A DNA stretch of 64,000 bases, from the NCBI GenBank assembly GCA_016188915.1, contig JACPGU010000002.1:158346-222345 (forward strand), read 5' to 3'. Shown here one piece after another: positions 40,180 to 51,230 of this stretch. The stretch's first letter is position 1, and the number at the start of each line of letters is the position of its first letter. Made by a program: the position numbers and the translations under genes. The notes under the pieces are model-generated. The model did no database searches. It worked only from the letters and a program-made list of their open reading frames with translations, and was not told the origin of the DNA. The DNA comes from Candidatus Microgenomates bacterium (GTDB taxonomy: Bacteria > Patescibacteriota > JACPGU01).

Positions 40180-41913
40180 TTAGCGTATACCGAATAGTCC
40201 GCTTTTGACATAATCTTGTGTCCCGTCTGGCAGATTGACATTAATAACATATTTGAAGTTTTGGCCAGTGACCAATTTCGTTCCACTGGAGCCAGTGATC
40301 TTAACTGCCATCACCAATCCCGACACCCCTCTTTTGGTGATTTCTATTTTTTCCACATTGCCGACGGCTGTATCCGGATCAGAATTCAAGTAATTTTCTA
40401 ATGTTGCTTTGTCCAAAGTTTTGGCTTGCCAGCGATAGTGTGGCGAGTCTTCTTCTCCTGGACTCTCTACGCCTCGCAGCCATGACCGAGGGGTGCCACC
40501 CCAAACATTCTCGTTATTTTCCGTCCAGCCGCCACTAGTAGAAAAATAATAGGCGGTAATAATCTCCGAACCGTAAAAAAGTAATTGTCCGCGCGTTTCT
40601 TCAATCGCCTGGTTGGTAGAGGCTACCTCTTTCAGCGCTCCATGATAAACTTGGCAACTGGGCGTGTCGCAAATCTCACGATTTTTGTAAGCATAATTTC
40701 TAGCGGCCACCGCTTGTGCTTTGAGCGCTTCTTTCTGCCAGGAAGCAGGCATCTCTCCCGGGACCACTCCACGTAAATAGTCTTCCAGTGGCAGAATATT
40801 ATAAGTGACGAGTCGACCTGGCGAACCTATGACATTGATTTGGCCGCGGTAAATATTAAAAGAATTATATTTGTAGGTGACGGTTAGACGACTAGTAGCA
40901 TCTTGAGGTGAGAGAACGAGGCCTGGAACAGCCGAAACGATGGCGCCAGCTGATAAAATCTCTCCCGTAGATTCATTTTTGACCGAGCCACTGGCGACAA
41001 TGATGGCGCCACCGCCTGGCGAAGCCGACAATTTTACTTTGATATCAATACCGTCTGTATTGGCTTGCTTTAAATAGGTGCCTTGATAATAATGGGTCAA
41101 AATATCTTCAAAATCTTTACCATTTTTGGCCATCGCGTTAGCGCCATATTGGCTCATACCCAAACCGTGCGGTGTGCCGGCACCGGCGATGGTGATGGTA
41201 TTTTGCAGAGAAAAATCTACTACATTCAGATTGATGACAGGGCTATTATTGGCCTTGGGTATAGGCGGTGGATCTAGCGCCAAGATTTGCTGTTCTACTT
41301 CGCGGCGGTTTTTTTCTAAATCTTTTATTTTGTTTTCTTCTTCTATAATAGAGGCGCGCAAAGAAGCTAATTGATTTTGCCAAATATCAATTTGTGAGAG
41401 TAAAACTTCGCGGCGAGTTTGAGCGATGACAATGCCTTGTTCTAAAATCTTTTTTTCTTCGTCTATTTTTTTTATTTCGGTAACGATTTTTTCTTGGGCG
41501 CTATGAATGTAGATTTGATTGCGGATTAAATCGTTCAAAGATTCAGCCGACAGCAGAGCCAAATAGCCAATGCTGCCTGAACGATTGATATAAAAACGGC
41601 GTAAAAGAGTGTCTTTTTGCTCTTTGGTTTGGTCTAATATGACGGTCGCCTCTTTGATGTTTTGTTCTAATTCTTCTAGCTCTTTTTTATTAACCAGTAT
41701 TTGATTTTGAGCACTGCCGAGGCTCGCCATAGCCTCCGAGCTTTGGCCTTGAAAATTGGCTATATTTTGGATGAAGCTTTCTTGTTCTTTGGCTATTTTT
41801 TCCAAATCACGTAGGAGCTCTTCTTTGGTTTTGGCAAAGGCGATTCCGGCGCTATCCCAAAAAATAACCAAGGCCAAAAAAAAGATAATTATTTTTTTAT
41901 ATTTTTTTCTCAT
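40180..41913 (-). CDS. Coiled-coil + SpoIID/LytB domain protein
   Basis: Signal peptide, CwlO-like coiled coil, HGLGMSQYGA, LEDYLRGVVPGEM, EALKAQAVAARNY, ICDTPSCQVY. Confidence 0.88.
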   Translation of the reverse strand: MRKKYKKIIIFFLALVIFWDSAGIAFAKTKEELLRDLEKIAKEQESFIQNIANFQGQSSEAMASLGSAQNQILVNKKELEELEQNIKEATVILDQTKEQKDTLLRRFYINRSGSIGYLALLSAESLNDLIRNQIYIHSAQEKIVTEIKKIDEEKKILEQGIVIAQTRREVLLSQIDIWQNQLASLRASIIEEENKIKDLEKNRREVEQQILALDPPPIPKANNSPVINLNVVDFSLQNTITIAGAGTPHGLGMSQYGANAMAKNGKDFEDILTHYYQGTYLKQANTDGIDIKVKLSASPGGGAIIVASGSVKNESTGEILSAGAIVSAVPGLVLSPQDATSRLTVTYKYNSFNIYRGQINVIGSPGRLVTYNILPLEDYLRGVVPGEMPASWQKEALKAQAVAARNYAYKNREICDTPSCQVYHGALKEVASTNQAIEETRGQLLFYGSEIITAYYFSTSGGWTENNENVWGGTPRSWLRGVESPGEEDSPHYRWQAKTLDKATLENYLNSDPDTAVGNVEKIEITKRGVSGLVMAVKITGSSGTKLVTGQNFKYVINVNLPDGTQDYVKSGLFGIR

Positions 41914-41971
41914 AGGATTTTTTGGGTAATTTAAGAATTGTGTCTTGCAGATATTTTAACACAACTGCTTA

Positions 41972-42011
41972 GACGTTCAACGGCGTGCTGTAGGACACGA
42001 CGTTGAACGTC
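41972..42011. repeat. REP-like palindrome
   Basis: GACGTTCAACG ... CGTTGAACGTC perfect 11-bp arms. Confidence 0.6.
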
Positions 42012-42093
42012 ATGTATGTAAAGCTTGCCTTTTTGGCGGAAAAATGATATTATGGCTATATTAGCGAAAAAAAAACGAAAGGGATAGAGCGCT

Positions 42094-42429
42094 ATGAATA
42101 CCACAACAGTAGGATCTTTGTTCTTTTTTTTGAAAGAAGGAGTGTCTTGGGAGAAAATTTTGGAAAAGATGAAAATCTCCCATGACGACGGTCCCGTTTT
42201 TGTCAACATGATTCCTGTCGGTGGCAAAAAATTTCCAGTCATATCCTTCTTCGATATGGGAGTGGGATTTTTCGGAGGAGAATCCGGTAGACTCGTCTTG
42301 GTGGTCAATCTCATATCGTCAGATTACGAGGAGGGATTGACGGAGAAAATCAGAAGACTTTTGGCTGATTTTTTGGCCGATTCCAATCCGGAGAAAAGAG
42401 AAAATGCATATAGCTTCTATTCTCTTTGA
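42094..42429 (+). CDS. Hypothetical protein
   Basis: 111-aa ORF filling an intergenic gap. Confidence 0.5.
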   Translation: MNTTTVGSLFFFLKEGVSWEKILEKMKISHDDGPVFVNMIPVGGKKFPVISFFDMGVGFFGGESGRLVLVVNLISSDYEEGLTEKIRRLLADFLADSNPEKRENAYSFYSL

Positions 42430-42651
42430 CGACCATCTTTCTCGATTTTTCCGTTTGCCTCCGCTGCCGCGGAGGCTTTTATTTCTGTAATTCTGTAATA
42501 TCGTAATGAAAAGTCTTGAGCTGGAATTTGAGCTCAAGCATTTGACAAAAAATAATTTTTATGATATAATGATAGATAAGAAGGAATTTTAGCAAGAGTA
42601 ATCTTGCGAGATCGACTCTTTTTGAGATATACTATAACTTCAAGCTATTTT

Positions 42652-44109
42652 ATGAATTTTACTGAAAGCAAAAACGACACTATGATGAGGGATCTTACGC
42701 CCAAACAACAAGTCGTTGATCTCATCAGAAAAAGCCAGAATATTTTAGTGGCCACCCATGTGCGACCCGATCATGACGCGCTCTCTTCTTCTTTGGCCTT
42801 GATGCTTTTTTTACGCAAAATGGGCAAAAGAGCCGATTTAGTTGTGCCAGATACTTTGGGCCCGGAAAAAGATTTTTTGTCTGGCGGAGATCAGATTCTT
42901 GCCAGTTTACCTGTCAGTCGCGATATCGTGGTAAAAATAAAAAGTCCGACTGGGCAAGTGGGCAAGATTTCCTACCAAAAAGACAATGGCGGAGGAGTGT
43001 CCTTGGTGATTTCTCCTAGCGATGATTATTTGAAAAAAGAGCATATCACGGTAGAGGATTCAAGTATTGCCTATGATTTGATCATTGCTTTGGATACGCC
43101 AAATCTGGAAAGATTGAGCCTTTATGCCAACAATAGAAATATTTTTTCCCAGACGCCGGTGATAAATATTGACCATCATGCCACTAATAATTATTTTGGC
43201 GCGGCCAATCTAGTAGATATAAATTCAGCCGCCACGGCAGAGATTTTAGTCTCTCTCTTTGAGGCCTTAGACAAGACCTTGCTAGACGGAGAAATGGCTA
43301 CATTGCTTTTGGCGGGTATCTTGACCGATACTGATCGTTTTCAAAATACCAATACCACGCCCAAATCACTAACTGTTTCGGCGCAATTGATTGCGGCTGG
43401 AGCGCGACGTTCAGAAATAGTTAAAAAAATATTCAAAGCTCGTCCAATCGGAGTTTTACGTGCCTGGGGCGATATTTTGTCCAATATCAAAGAGGATAAA
43501 GAGCACAAAATTATTTGGTCTACTCTCCCCTACGCTAAACTTTCAGAATATCAAATAGGAGAAGGTGGTATTGGCCATATTGTAGGCGAACTTATGTCAG
43601 TAGCTCCGACGGTAAAAATAGCTTTTCTTTTGGTAGAAAGAAGCCCGGGATTGGTTACGGTCAGTCTTCGTAGCGAAGAGGGGGTAGATGTAGACAAAAT
43701 AGCTTTGTCCCTGGGCGGTGGTGGTCACAAGCAAGCGGCCGGATGTAAATTGGAAAACATGTCTCTGGCGGAAGCGGAAAAAATAGTCAAAGACAAAGTC
43801 ATAATGAGCCTTTCTGGCCAGGCAGAAAAACCTTATCAAAGATTGCCAGTCTCGCCTATCTTGGAACAAAAAGAAGAGAAAGCCCATTCTTCTGACGATG
43901 ATTTATACACTCCTTCCCTGTCCGATATTGATTCCGATAAGCCTAAAATAGTGGAAGATGGCAAATCTATCTTGCAAAAAGTTTTGAAAGCTAAAGAAGA
44001 GAAAAAAGAAGACAGAATTGATTTTGCCAAATTGGAGCAGGAAGCCAAACAAGAAAAAAAACCTCGCATTATTGTCAATGATTGGGATGAAGACGAGGAT
44101 TATGAATAG
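42652..44109 (+). CDS. DHH/DHHA1 phosphoesterase (NrnA-like) with charged C-terminal tail
   Basis: THVRPDHDA, NIDHH, TDTDRF, GGGGH..AAG. Confidence 0.92.
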   Translation: MNFTESKNDTMMRDLTPKQQVVDLIRKSQNILVATHVRPDHDALSSSLALMLFLRKMGKRADLVVPDTLGPEKDFLSGGDQILASLPVSRDIVVKIKSPTGQVGKISYQKDNGGGVSLVISPSDDYLKKEHITVEDSSIAYDLIIALDTPNLERLSLYANNRNIFSQTPVINIDHHATNNYFGAANLVDINSAATAEILVSLFEALDKTLLDGEMATLLLAGILTDTDRFQNTNTTPKSLTVSAQLIAAGARRSEIVKKIFKARPIGVLRAWGDILSNIKEDKEHKIIWSTLPYAKLSEYQIGEGGIGHIVGELMSVAPTVKIAFLLVERSPGLVTVSLRSEEGVDVDKIALSLGGGGHKQAAGCKLENMSLAEAEKIVKDKVIMSLSGQAEKPYQRLPVSPILEQKEEKAHSSDDDLYTPSLSDIDSDKPKIVEDGKSILQKVLKAKEEKKEDRIDFAKLEQEAKQEKKPRIIVNDWDEDEDYE

Positions 44110-44310
44110 TAGGTAAGTAAGCCACCGCCTTTGGCGGGATAATCAAGTAAACAAAGGCAAAAATTACATTGAGCTTTGATTATTTGATTAATTGTTTTAT
44201 TGATTTCTTGACTATAATAGAGTTTTGTGCTAACATGATACTTAAGTTTAGTAATTTTAGAAGAGTTCTCGGTTTTGCCGGCTCTTATCACGAAGAGGAG
44301 TTGTTTTTTT

Positions 44311-44580
44311 ATGGCTTTAACTATTGAGGAAAAGAAAAAGGCAATTAATACTTTTTCCAAAGATGGAAAAGATACCGGATCGGCTTCGTCCCAGGTTTCT
44401 CTTTTGACGGCCAAAATTCATAAATTGAACGAGCATCTGAAAAAAAATATTCATGATTTCTCTTCCAAGAGAGGACTTTTGTCCAATGTTGGCCAAAGGC
44501 GCAAGATGTTAAAATATTTAAGCCAAAAAGATCCCAAAGAATACGAAAAAGTTTTGAAAGAATTGGGATTAAGGAAATAG
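44311..44580 (+). CDS. rpsO: 30S ribosomal protein S15
   Basis: DTGS..QV.LLT.KI..L.EHL..DFSSKRGLL..LGLRK. Confidence 0.97.
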   Translation: MALTIEEKKKAINTFSKDGKDTGSASSQVSLLTAKIHKLNEHLKKNIHDFSSKRGLLSNVGQRRKMLKYLSQKDPKEYEKVLKELGLRK

Positions 44581-44683
44581 GCTACTACGAATTTACAAAT
44601 TGCGCACTAATGTACAAATAGTACGAATGTGGCTGATTAGTATTATTCGTATATTCGTAAAGATTCTTAAATTAGTAGTAAAA

Positions 44684-44766
44684 GAGATTTTGTCTCGACA
44701 GAAGTAGAGTTAGCCGCCAAATATTTTGACGCCGAACCCTATATCTGTCACCAAGACTTTGATCTC
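44684..44766 (+). promoter_or_regulatory. Long imperfect hairpin in the pnp leader (candidate RNase III autoregulatory site)
   Basis: Nested pairs GAGAT/ATCTC, GTCT/AGAC, GACAGA/TCTGTC. Confidence 0.5.
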
Positions 44767-44804
44767 AAAAAGGAGATCCGCCGATGAGGCGGAAGGAAAA
44801 AAAT

Positions 44805-46898
44805 ATGAAAAAGGAATACTTCAAGGAATCCGTAGAGTTTGCGGGACGCACACTCACTGTTGAGTTTGGCAAATTAGCCAAACAAGCAGACGCGGCTCTG
44901 ACCGTCCGTTATGGCGATACGACTATTTTTGCCTCTGTTGTTTCACCACATAAAAAAAGAAACGAAGACCAAGACTTTTTACCCTTGACGGTTGATTACG
45001 AAGAAAAAATGTACGCGGCTGGCAAAATTTCCGGTTCCAGATTTATCAAAAGAGAAGGTCGACCATCAGAAGACGCTATCCTTAATTCTCGTGTTATTGA
45101 TCGACCGATCAGGCCACTTTTTCCTAAGGGTTATTTTTACGATGTGCAGGTGATCGCCACAGCTTTATCCTACGATCAGGAGAACAATTCCAAAGTGCCG
45201 GCCATGGCGGCGGTATCTCTGGCTCTTTCTTTGTCCGATATTCCCTGGAATGGGCCGGTCTCTCTGGCGCGTGTAGGAATGGAGGAGGGCGGACAATTTA
45301 TTTTGAATCCCACTGAAACGCAATTGAAATCTTCACCGCTGGACCTAGTGATTGTTTCAACTGCTAAAAAAGTGATCATGATTGAATGCGCGGCCAAAGA
45401 AGTGCCTCAAGGCAAAGTCCTGGAAGCGATCAAATTCGCTCACGAGGCCAACCAAACATTAATCAAATTTCAAGAAAATCTAATCAAAAAACACGGTTTG
45501 CCAAAGAGAGCTTTTGAAGTAATTATGGATGAAAAGTTTTTGAAAGAGATAGAGGATCAGACAACTGATGCGATTGAAAAAGCTTATGCATTGGCCGACA
45601 AAGTGGAGATGAGCAAAGCCTTTGACGATATTTTAGATCCTTTGATGGAAAAGTACAAAGAAGACGAAGAAAAAACCAAGCTAGTCAAAGATTATTTTGA
45701 TCGCGTAGCGCAAAAAATTTTGCGAAATAATGTTTTGGAGAAGGGCAAGAGAATCGGTGGCAGATCGCTCTCCGAAATTCGTCCCATCTCTTGCGAAACT
45801 TCATTGCTTCCTCGTGTTCATGGTTCAGCATTATTCAATCGTGGATACACGCAGATTTTGAACGTCACGACCCTGGGCTCTAAAAGTATGGCGCAGGTGA
45901 TTGACTCTATGGAGGAGGATACGACCAAAAGATACATGCATCATTACAATTTTCCTCCGTTTTCTACCGGCGAGGCCAAGCCACTGCGTTCGGCCGGTCG
46001 GCGTGAAATCGGCCATGGCGCTTTGGCAGAAAAAGCTCTTCTTCCCGTTTTGCCTTCCGAGGAGTCTTTTCCCTACACCATTCGTTTGGTATCAGAAGCG
46101 ATGTCGTCTGATGGCTCTACTTCTATGGGCTCGACTTGCGCTTCCACGCTGTCTTTGATGGACGCGGGAGTGCCAATTAAGGCGCCTGTTTCTGGTATTG
46201 CGATGGGACTCGTTACTGATGAAAAAGACAATTACAAAGTATTATCTGATATTGCTGGCACCGAAGATCACCATGGTGATATGGATTTCAAAATCGCTGG
46301 CACCAAGGCGGGTATTACCGCTATTCAGCTGGATGTGAAAAACGATGGCCTGACTATGGAAATGATAAAAGATATTTTTTCCCAAGGCGAAAAAGGCCGG
46401 CTAGAGATTTTGGAAAAAATGCTCTCTGTAATTTCTGAGCCAAGAAAAGAGATGTCGCCGTATGCTCCGAGAATGGAAACTATCAAAATCAATCCAGACA
46501 AAATCCGCGACATTATTGGCCCGGGCGGCAAAATCATCAACAAGATTATCGCTGAAACAGGCGCAGAAATTGATATTGAACAAGATGGTAGCGTCTTCAT
46601 CTTCTCCGCCAATCTGGAAGGTTTGGCCAAGGCCAAAGCGATGATTGAAAATCTAGTGGAAGAGCCGGAAATCGGCAAGACTTATGACGGCACGGTGACG
46701 CGCATCATGGATTTCGGCGCCTTTGTGGCTATTATGTCTGGGCAAGAAGGCCTAGTGCATATCTCGGAGATTGCCAACGAGCGAGTGAACAAGGTAGAAG
46801 ACTATCTCAAAGTCGGCCAAGAAGTGAAAGTTTATCTCAAAGAAATTGACGATATGGGTCGCCTGAATTTCTCAATGAAAAAAGCGAGCGAGAAATAA
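44805..46898 (+). CDS. pnp: Polynucleotide phosphorylase
   Basis: FLPLTVDYEEK, RREIGHG, DMDFKIAGT, KH and S1 domains. Confidence 0.98.
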   Translation: MKKEYFKESVEFAGRTLTVEFGKLAKQADAALTVRYGDTTIFASVVSPHKKRNEDQDFLPLTVDYEEKMYAAGKISGSRFIKREGRPSEDAILNSRVIDRPIRPLFPKGYFYDVQVIATALSYDQENNSKVPAMAAVSLALSLSDIPWNGPVSLARVGMEEGGQFILNPTETQLKSSPLDLVIVSTAKKVIMIECAAKEVPQGKVLEAIKFAHEANQTLIKFQENLIKKHGLPKRAFEVIMDEKFLKEIEDQTTDAIEKAYALADKVEMSKAFDDILDPLMEKYKEDEEKTKLVKDYFDRVAQKILRNNVLEKGKRIGGRSLSEIRPISCETSLLPRVHGSALFNRGYTQILNVTTLGSKSMAQVIDSMEEDTTKRYMHHYNFPPFSTGEAKPLRSAGRREIGHGALAEKALLPVLPSEESFPYTIRLVSEAMSSDGSTSMGSTCASTLSLMDAGVPIKAPVSGIAMGLVTDEKDNYKVLSDIAGTEDHHGDMDFKIAGTKAGITAIQLDVKNDGLTMEMIKDIFSQGEKGRLEILEKMLSVISEPRKEMSPYAPRMETIKINPDKIRDIIGPGGKIINKIIAETGAEIDIEQDGSVFIFSANLEGLAKAKAMIENLVEEPEIGKTYDGTVTRIMDFGAFVAIMSGQEGLVHISEIANERVNKVEDYLKVGQEVKVYLKEIDDMGRLNFSMKKASEK

Positions 46899-46996
46899 AA
46901 AATTAAAAAACTAAAAAATTAAGTCGCCTCATCGGCGACCCGCCGGAGAGGCGGGAAATCAAAAAAACAAAAAAACAAGGAAGCAACAGAAAATGC

Positions 46997-47038
46997 TAGA
47001 GGCGAGGCCTCAAGAATTTCCCCGAGGCCTCGCCTCTA
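46997..47038. repeat. REP-like double palindrome
   Basis: TAGAGGCGAGGCCTC-12 nt-GAGGCCTCGCCTCTA. Confidence 0.65.
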
Positions 47039-47144
47039 AATTATTTGTTCTATTGGTCAGATATCCAATCTACAATCTACAATCTACAATCGTAAATTAC
47101 TAAGACGCTGATCTCTGGGAGCGTTAGCAAAAATAAAATAAATT

Positions 47145-49001
47145 ATGGAAAATAGAAAAAATGAAAGAAATACGGGGAGGCACTCTTCCCGCAATGCCCG
47201 CAACAGAAATGTCGCGAGAGGCAGTCGTCACCATTTGGTGACCCATGGACCGATCAGTAGCAATGGCGCAAATAGCACAGATCAGCAGAAAAGTCCAAAT
47301 GTCGCCCATATGCCTAAAAGAGCAATCATCAAAATGATTCCTTTGGGCGGGGTGGGCAAAATGAATAAAAATATGATGGTCTATGAGTATGATGATCCAG
47401 CTCTTCCCAACGGCGGAGATATTATTATTGTGGATATGGGAATGGCTTTCCCAGATTCGGATATGCATGGAATTGATTATTTGATTCCTGACATTACCTA
47501 TTTACGCGATCGTAAGGCCAAGATCCGCGGAATTTTAATTACTCATGGTCACGAAGACCACATCGGAGCTCTACCGCATATTGTGCCGGAGATGATTGAT
47601 GTACCTATTTTTGCTACTCGTCTGACGGGAGGATTGATAGAGCGTAAATTTTCTGAATATAATCTTTTACGCGATAAAAAAATACAGGTAGTTAGCCCCG
47701 ATGAAGTATTGCGCTTGGGGGTTTTTCGCATAGAGCCTTTTCGCGTGGCGCACTCAGTGCCGGAGAGCGTGGGTTATGGTATTCACACACCTTACGGTTT
47801 GATTATTCAGACGGGAGATTTTCGCATTGACGAAACGCCGGTCGATGGTTGGACGACTGATTTTGAGAAAATAGAACGCTTGGCAAAAGCTGCCGGTGGA
47901 GTTTTGGTTTTGGCACCGGACAGCACCAACATTCATCGTCAAGGACGGAGCTTGTCTGCCAAAGTGGTGGATGAAGCTTTCGTCCAGGCTTTTTCTGATG
48001 CTCCCGGTCGCGTTATTATTGCCGCCTTTGCCTCTCAAATTGCTCGCGTTCAACAGATTTTCAACGCGGCGGTTCATCATGGTCGCAAGGTAGCTATTTC
48101 CGGACGCTCTATGCAAAACAATATTGAAGTAGCTTTCAGATTGGGCTATTTGAAAGCGCCGGAAGATTTGATTATTCCCCTGCATGAGATAGGCAAACAC
48201 CCAGATAAAAATCTAGTAATTATCGGTACTGGCTCGCAAGGCCAGCAATATTCGGCCCTGGTAAGAATGTCTACCGGTGATCACGCGCAGATTACTTTGA
48301 AAACATTAGACACTATTATTATTTCGTCCAGCCCTATCCCAGGCAATGAAGAAGCGGTCTACAGAATGATGGACGATCTACTCCGCATGGGACCGCGGGT
48401 TATTCACAATCATATGATGGAAATCCACGTTTCCGGTCACGGATTTTATGAAGAGATTTTGGAAATGTACAAAAGAGTTGGACCCAAACACTATATCCCT
48501 GTGCATGGCGATTACAACCAACTAGTTGCCAATCGCGATATGGCCTTAAAACATGGACATGATCCCAGCAAGGTGCATGTTGTGGAAGATGGCAATATCA
48601 TAGAGATAGATGAAAAGGGTTTGCGTGTTTCTAGCAAGAAAGCGCCAGTCGGAGCGGTAATGGTAGACGGCCTAGGCGTGGGAGATATCGGCAATATTGT
48701 TTTGCGCGATCGCCAAGCGATGGCTACTGAAGGATTATTCGTAGTAATCGTCACTATTAGCAAAAAAAATGGCACGATGGCTACTTCTCCGGATATTATC
48801 AGCCGTGGATTTGTCTATATGAGAGAATCAGAAGCCTTGATCCAGGGTGCGCGATCGGAAATCAAAAAAATAGTCACTCGCCACAGTCGAGGCCGTGATT
48901 GGAAAATGGTTAAAGAAATTTTGCGCGATGAGATAGGCAATTATCTCTATAAAAATACCAAGCGTCGCCCAATGGTAATACCAGTAGTAATAGAGGTCTG
49001 A
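47145..49001 (+). CDS. rnj: Ribonuclease J
   Basis: IPLGG, THGHEDHIG, HVSGH, IPVHG, RRPMVIPV. Confidence 0.97.
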   Translation: MENRKNERNTGRHSSRNARNRNVARGSRHHLVTHGPISSNGANSTDQQKSPNVAHMPKRAIIKMIPLGGVGKMNKNMMVYEYDDPALPNGGDIIIVDMGMAFPDSDMHGIDYLIPDITYLRDRKAKIRGILITHGHEDHIGALPHIVPEMIDVPIFATRLTGGLIERKFSEYNLLRDKKIQVVSPDEVLRLGVFRIEPFRVAHSVPESVGYGIHTPYGLIIQTGDFRIDETPVDGWTTDFEKIERLAKAAGGVLVLAPDSTNIHRQGRSLSAKVVDEAFVQAFSDAPGRVIIAAFASQIARVQQIFNAAVHHGRKVAISGRSMQNNIEVAFRLGYLKAPEDLIIPLHEIGKHPDKNLVIIGTGSQGQQYSALVRMSTGDHAQITLKTLDTIIISSSPIPGNEEAVYRMMDDLLRMGPRVIHNHMMEIHVSGHGFYEEILEMYKRVGPKHYIPVHGDYNQLVANRDMALKHGHDPSKVHVVEDGNIIEIDEKGLRVSSKKAPVGAVMVDGLGVGDIGNIVLRDRQAMATEGLFVVIVTISKKNGTMATSPDIISRGFVYMRESEALIQGARSEIKKIVTRHSRGRDWKMVKEILRDEIGNYLYKNTKRRPMVIPVVIEV

Positions 49002-49187
49002 TAGTAAGTTAAAAATTAAAACTAAAAACTGAAAATTCAAGAAGACCGCATTCGCGGTCTTCTTTGGTATTTACAAAAATATTTGGCTATGATAAAAAGT
49101 TTGAGATAGATTTAATATAAATAACAAATCTTGGTCTCCGTGTTCAATCCAAGACGGGGCTGAGGTTTATTTTTTTGGAGGTTTTTT

Positions 49188-51179
49188 ATGATTTTTTTGT
49201 TTGTTGCGTTAGGAGTTGGAGTGTGTGGTCTGCTTTCTGGCCTTATCCTTTATTTCATTATAAAAACTGCTCCTTCGGGAGATAGCAAAATTTTGAAAAT
49301 TGCTTCCCACATTCATTCAGGAGCAATGGCTTTTTTGAAAAAAGAATATGCTTATTTGTCTGTTTTTATTCTTGTCTCGGCCGTTCTTCTTTATTATTTT
49401 ATCTCTCCCTATATGGCCGTAGCTTTTGTCTTTGGGGCTATTTTTTCTATTTTTGCCGGCTTTATAGGCATGAAAGCGGCGACAGCGGCCAATGTTCGAA
49501 CAGCTTATGCCGCCAAAAAATTTGGCAAAGATCGTGCGCTTTTAATGGCCTATGGCGGTGGCGCGGTAATGGGTTTGGCTGTGGCTTCCTTGGGGCTAAT
49601 TGGAGTGGTTATTTTATTTTATTATTTTATTATTTTGGGGACTGCTTCCGCTTCCTATTTGGTTGGATTTGCTTTTGGTGCTACCGCTATCGCTTTATTC
49701 GCTAGAGTTGGCGGTGGTATTTTTACTAAGGCGGCCGATGTAGGTGCCGATCTAGCTGGCAAAATAGAAGCGGGTATTCCGGAAGACGATCCGAGAAATC
49801 CGGCCGTGATAGCTGATAATGTCGGTGATTGTGTTGGCGATGTGGCCGGTATGGGGGCTGATATTTTTGAATCCTATGTTGATTCTATGATCGCTACTAT
49901 CATAATTGGCGCGACAGCAGTTTCTTTTTCCGCTTTTCGTCTGGAAAGTATGATTTTGCCTTTGATTTTGGCTACTATCGGGCTAGCAAGTTCTTTTGTA
50001 GGTATTGCTTCCATTATTTTCTTAAAAAAAATTAGTCCGCAAGCGGCTTTGCGTTATTCCACTTTTATCGCGGCAGGTTTATTTGCCGTTATCTCGTGGT
50101 ATGTTATCAGCCAATATTTTGCAGTTTTGGGTTCGCCATTAGACTTTTTTGCCGCCGTCATTGTTGGCTTATTGGCCGGTATCTTTATCGGGCTAGTGAC
50201 AGAATATTATACTTCAGGGAAACCAGTAAGAGAGATCGCCGAAGCGGCGCAAACTGGAGCAGGCACCAATTTGATTTCAGGATTGGCTATCGGTATGGAG
50301 TCAACTATCGCACCTATTTTGATTGTTGCGGCCAGTATTTATCTGGCACATTATTTTGCTGGTATTTATGGTATTGGTTTGGCGGCTATCGGTATGTTGG
50401 CGACTGTTGGCGTTACTATGACGGTGGATGCTTATGGACCAATAGCGGATAATGCCGGAGGTATTGCTGAAATGGGCGGACTGGGGGAAGAAACTAGAAG
50501 GATTACCGATTCTCTAGATACTATTGGCAATACGACCGCGGCTATTGGGAAAGGTTTTGGCATCGGTTCGGCTGTTTTGACCGTGGTGGCTTTGTTCGCC
50601 GCTTTTGGCGAAGAAACCCATCTGTCTTCTATTGATGTTCGCCATGCGATGGTAGTAATCGGTATGATGTTGGGTGGAATCCTGCCTTATTTTATTTCTT
50701 CTTCTACCATGCAGGCGGTTGGTCGCGCCGCTTTTTCTATGATTAAAGAAGTCAGAAGGCAGTTTAATGAAATAGCGGGACTTCGCGAAGGCAAGGCCGA
50801 TCCTGACTCTGATCGTTGTGTTAGCATTGCTACTTCCGCGGCTTTGCGTCAAATGATTACGCCGGGGATATTGGTGATAGTAGCTCCTATTTTTGCGGGT
50901 TTTGTTTTGGGAGCGGAAGCTTTGGGGGGTCTTTTGGCTGGCGCTATCATCACTGGCGCTTTCCTTTCTTTTTTCATGGCTAATGCCGGCGGCGCTTGGG
51001 ACAATGCCAAAAAACATATAGAAAAAGGCCACTATGGCGGCAAGGGATCCAACGCTCACAAAGCGGCCGTAGTCGGTGATACCGTTGGTGATCCCTTCAA
51101 GGATACTTCTGGCCCGGCCGTCTCTATCTTGGTCAAACTTTTGGGCGTAGTATCTTTGGTTATCGCATCTATTCTGTAA
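49188..51179 (+). CDS. hppA: Membrane-bound pyrophosphatase, K+-dependent type (Na+ or H+ pumping)
   Basis: [42 protein letters not shown]. Confidence 0.95.
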   Translation: MIFLFVALGVGVCGLLSGLILYFIIKTAPSGDSKILKIASHIHSGAMAFLKKEYAYLSVFILVSAVLLYYFISPYMAVAFVFGAIFSIFAGFIGMKAATAANVRTAYAAKKFGKDRALLMAYGGGAVMGLAVASLGLIGVVILFYYFIILGTASASYLVGFAFGATAIALFARVGGGIFTKAADVGADLAGKIEAGIPEDDPRNPAVIADNVGDCVGDVAGMGADIFESYVDSMIATIIIGATAVSFSAFRLESMILPLILATIGLASSFVGIASIIFLKKISPQAALRYSTFIAAGLFAVISWYVISQYFAVLGSPLDFFAAVIVGLLAGIFIGLVTEYYTSGKPVREIAEAAQTGAGTNLISGLAIGMESTIAPILIVAASIYLAHYFAGIYGIGLAAIGMLATVGVTMTVDAYGPIADNAGGIAEMGGLGEETRRITDSLDTIGNTTAAIGKGFGIGSAVLTVVALFAAFGEETHLSSIDVRHAMVVIGMMLGGILPYFISSSTMQAVGRAAFSMIKEVRRQFNEIAGLREGKADPDSDRCVSIATSAALRQMITPGILVIVAPIFAGFVLGAEALGGLLAGAIITGAFLSFFMANAGGAWDNAKKHIEKGHYGGKGSNAHKAAVVGDTVGDPFKDTSGPAVSILVKLLGVVSLVIASIL

Positions 51180-51230
51180 ATATTTTGACCTCCCACTTTA
51201 TTTTTCTATTGTTTGTGATAGAGTAGGTTT

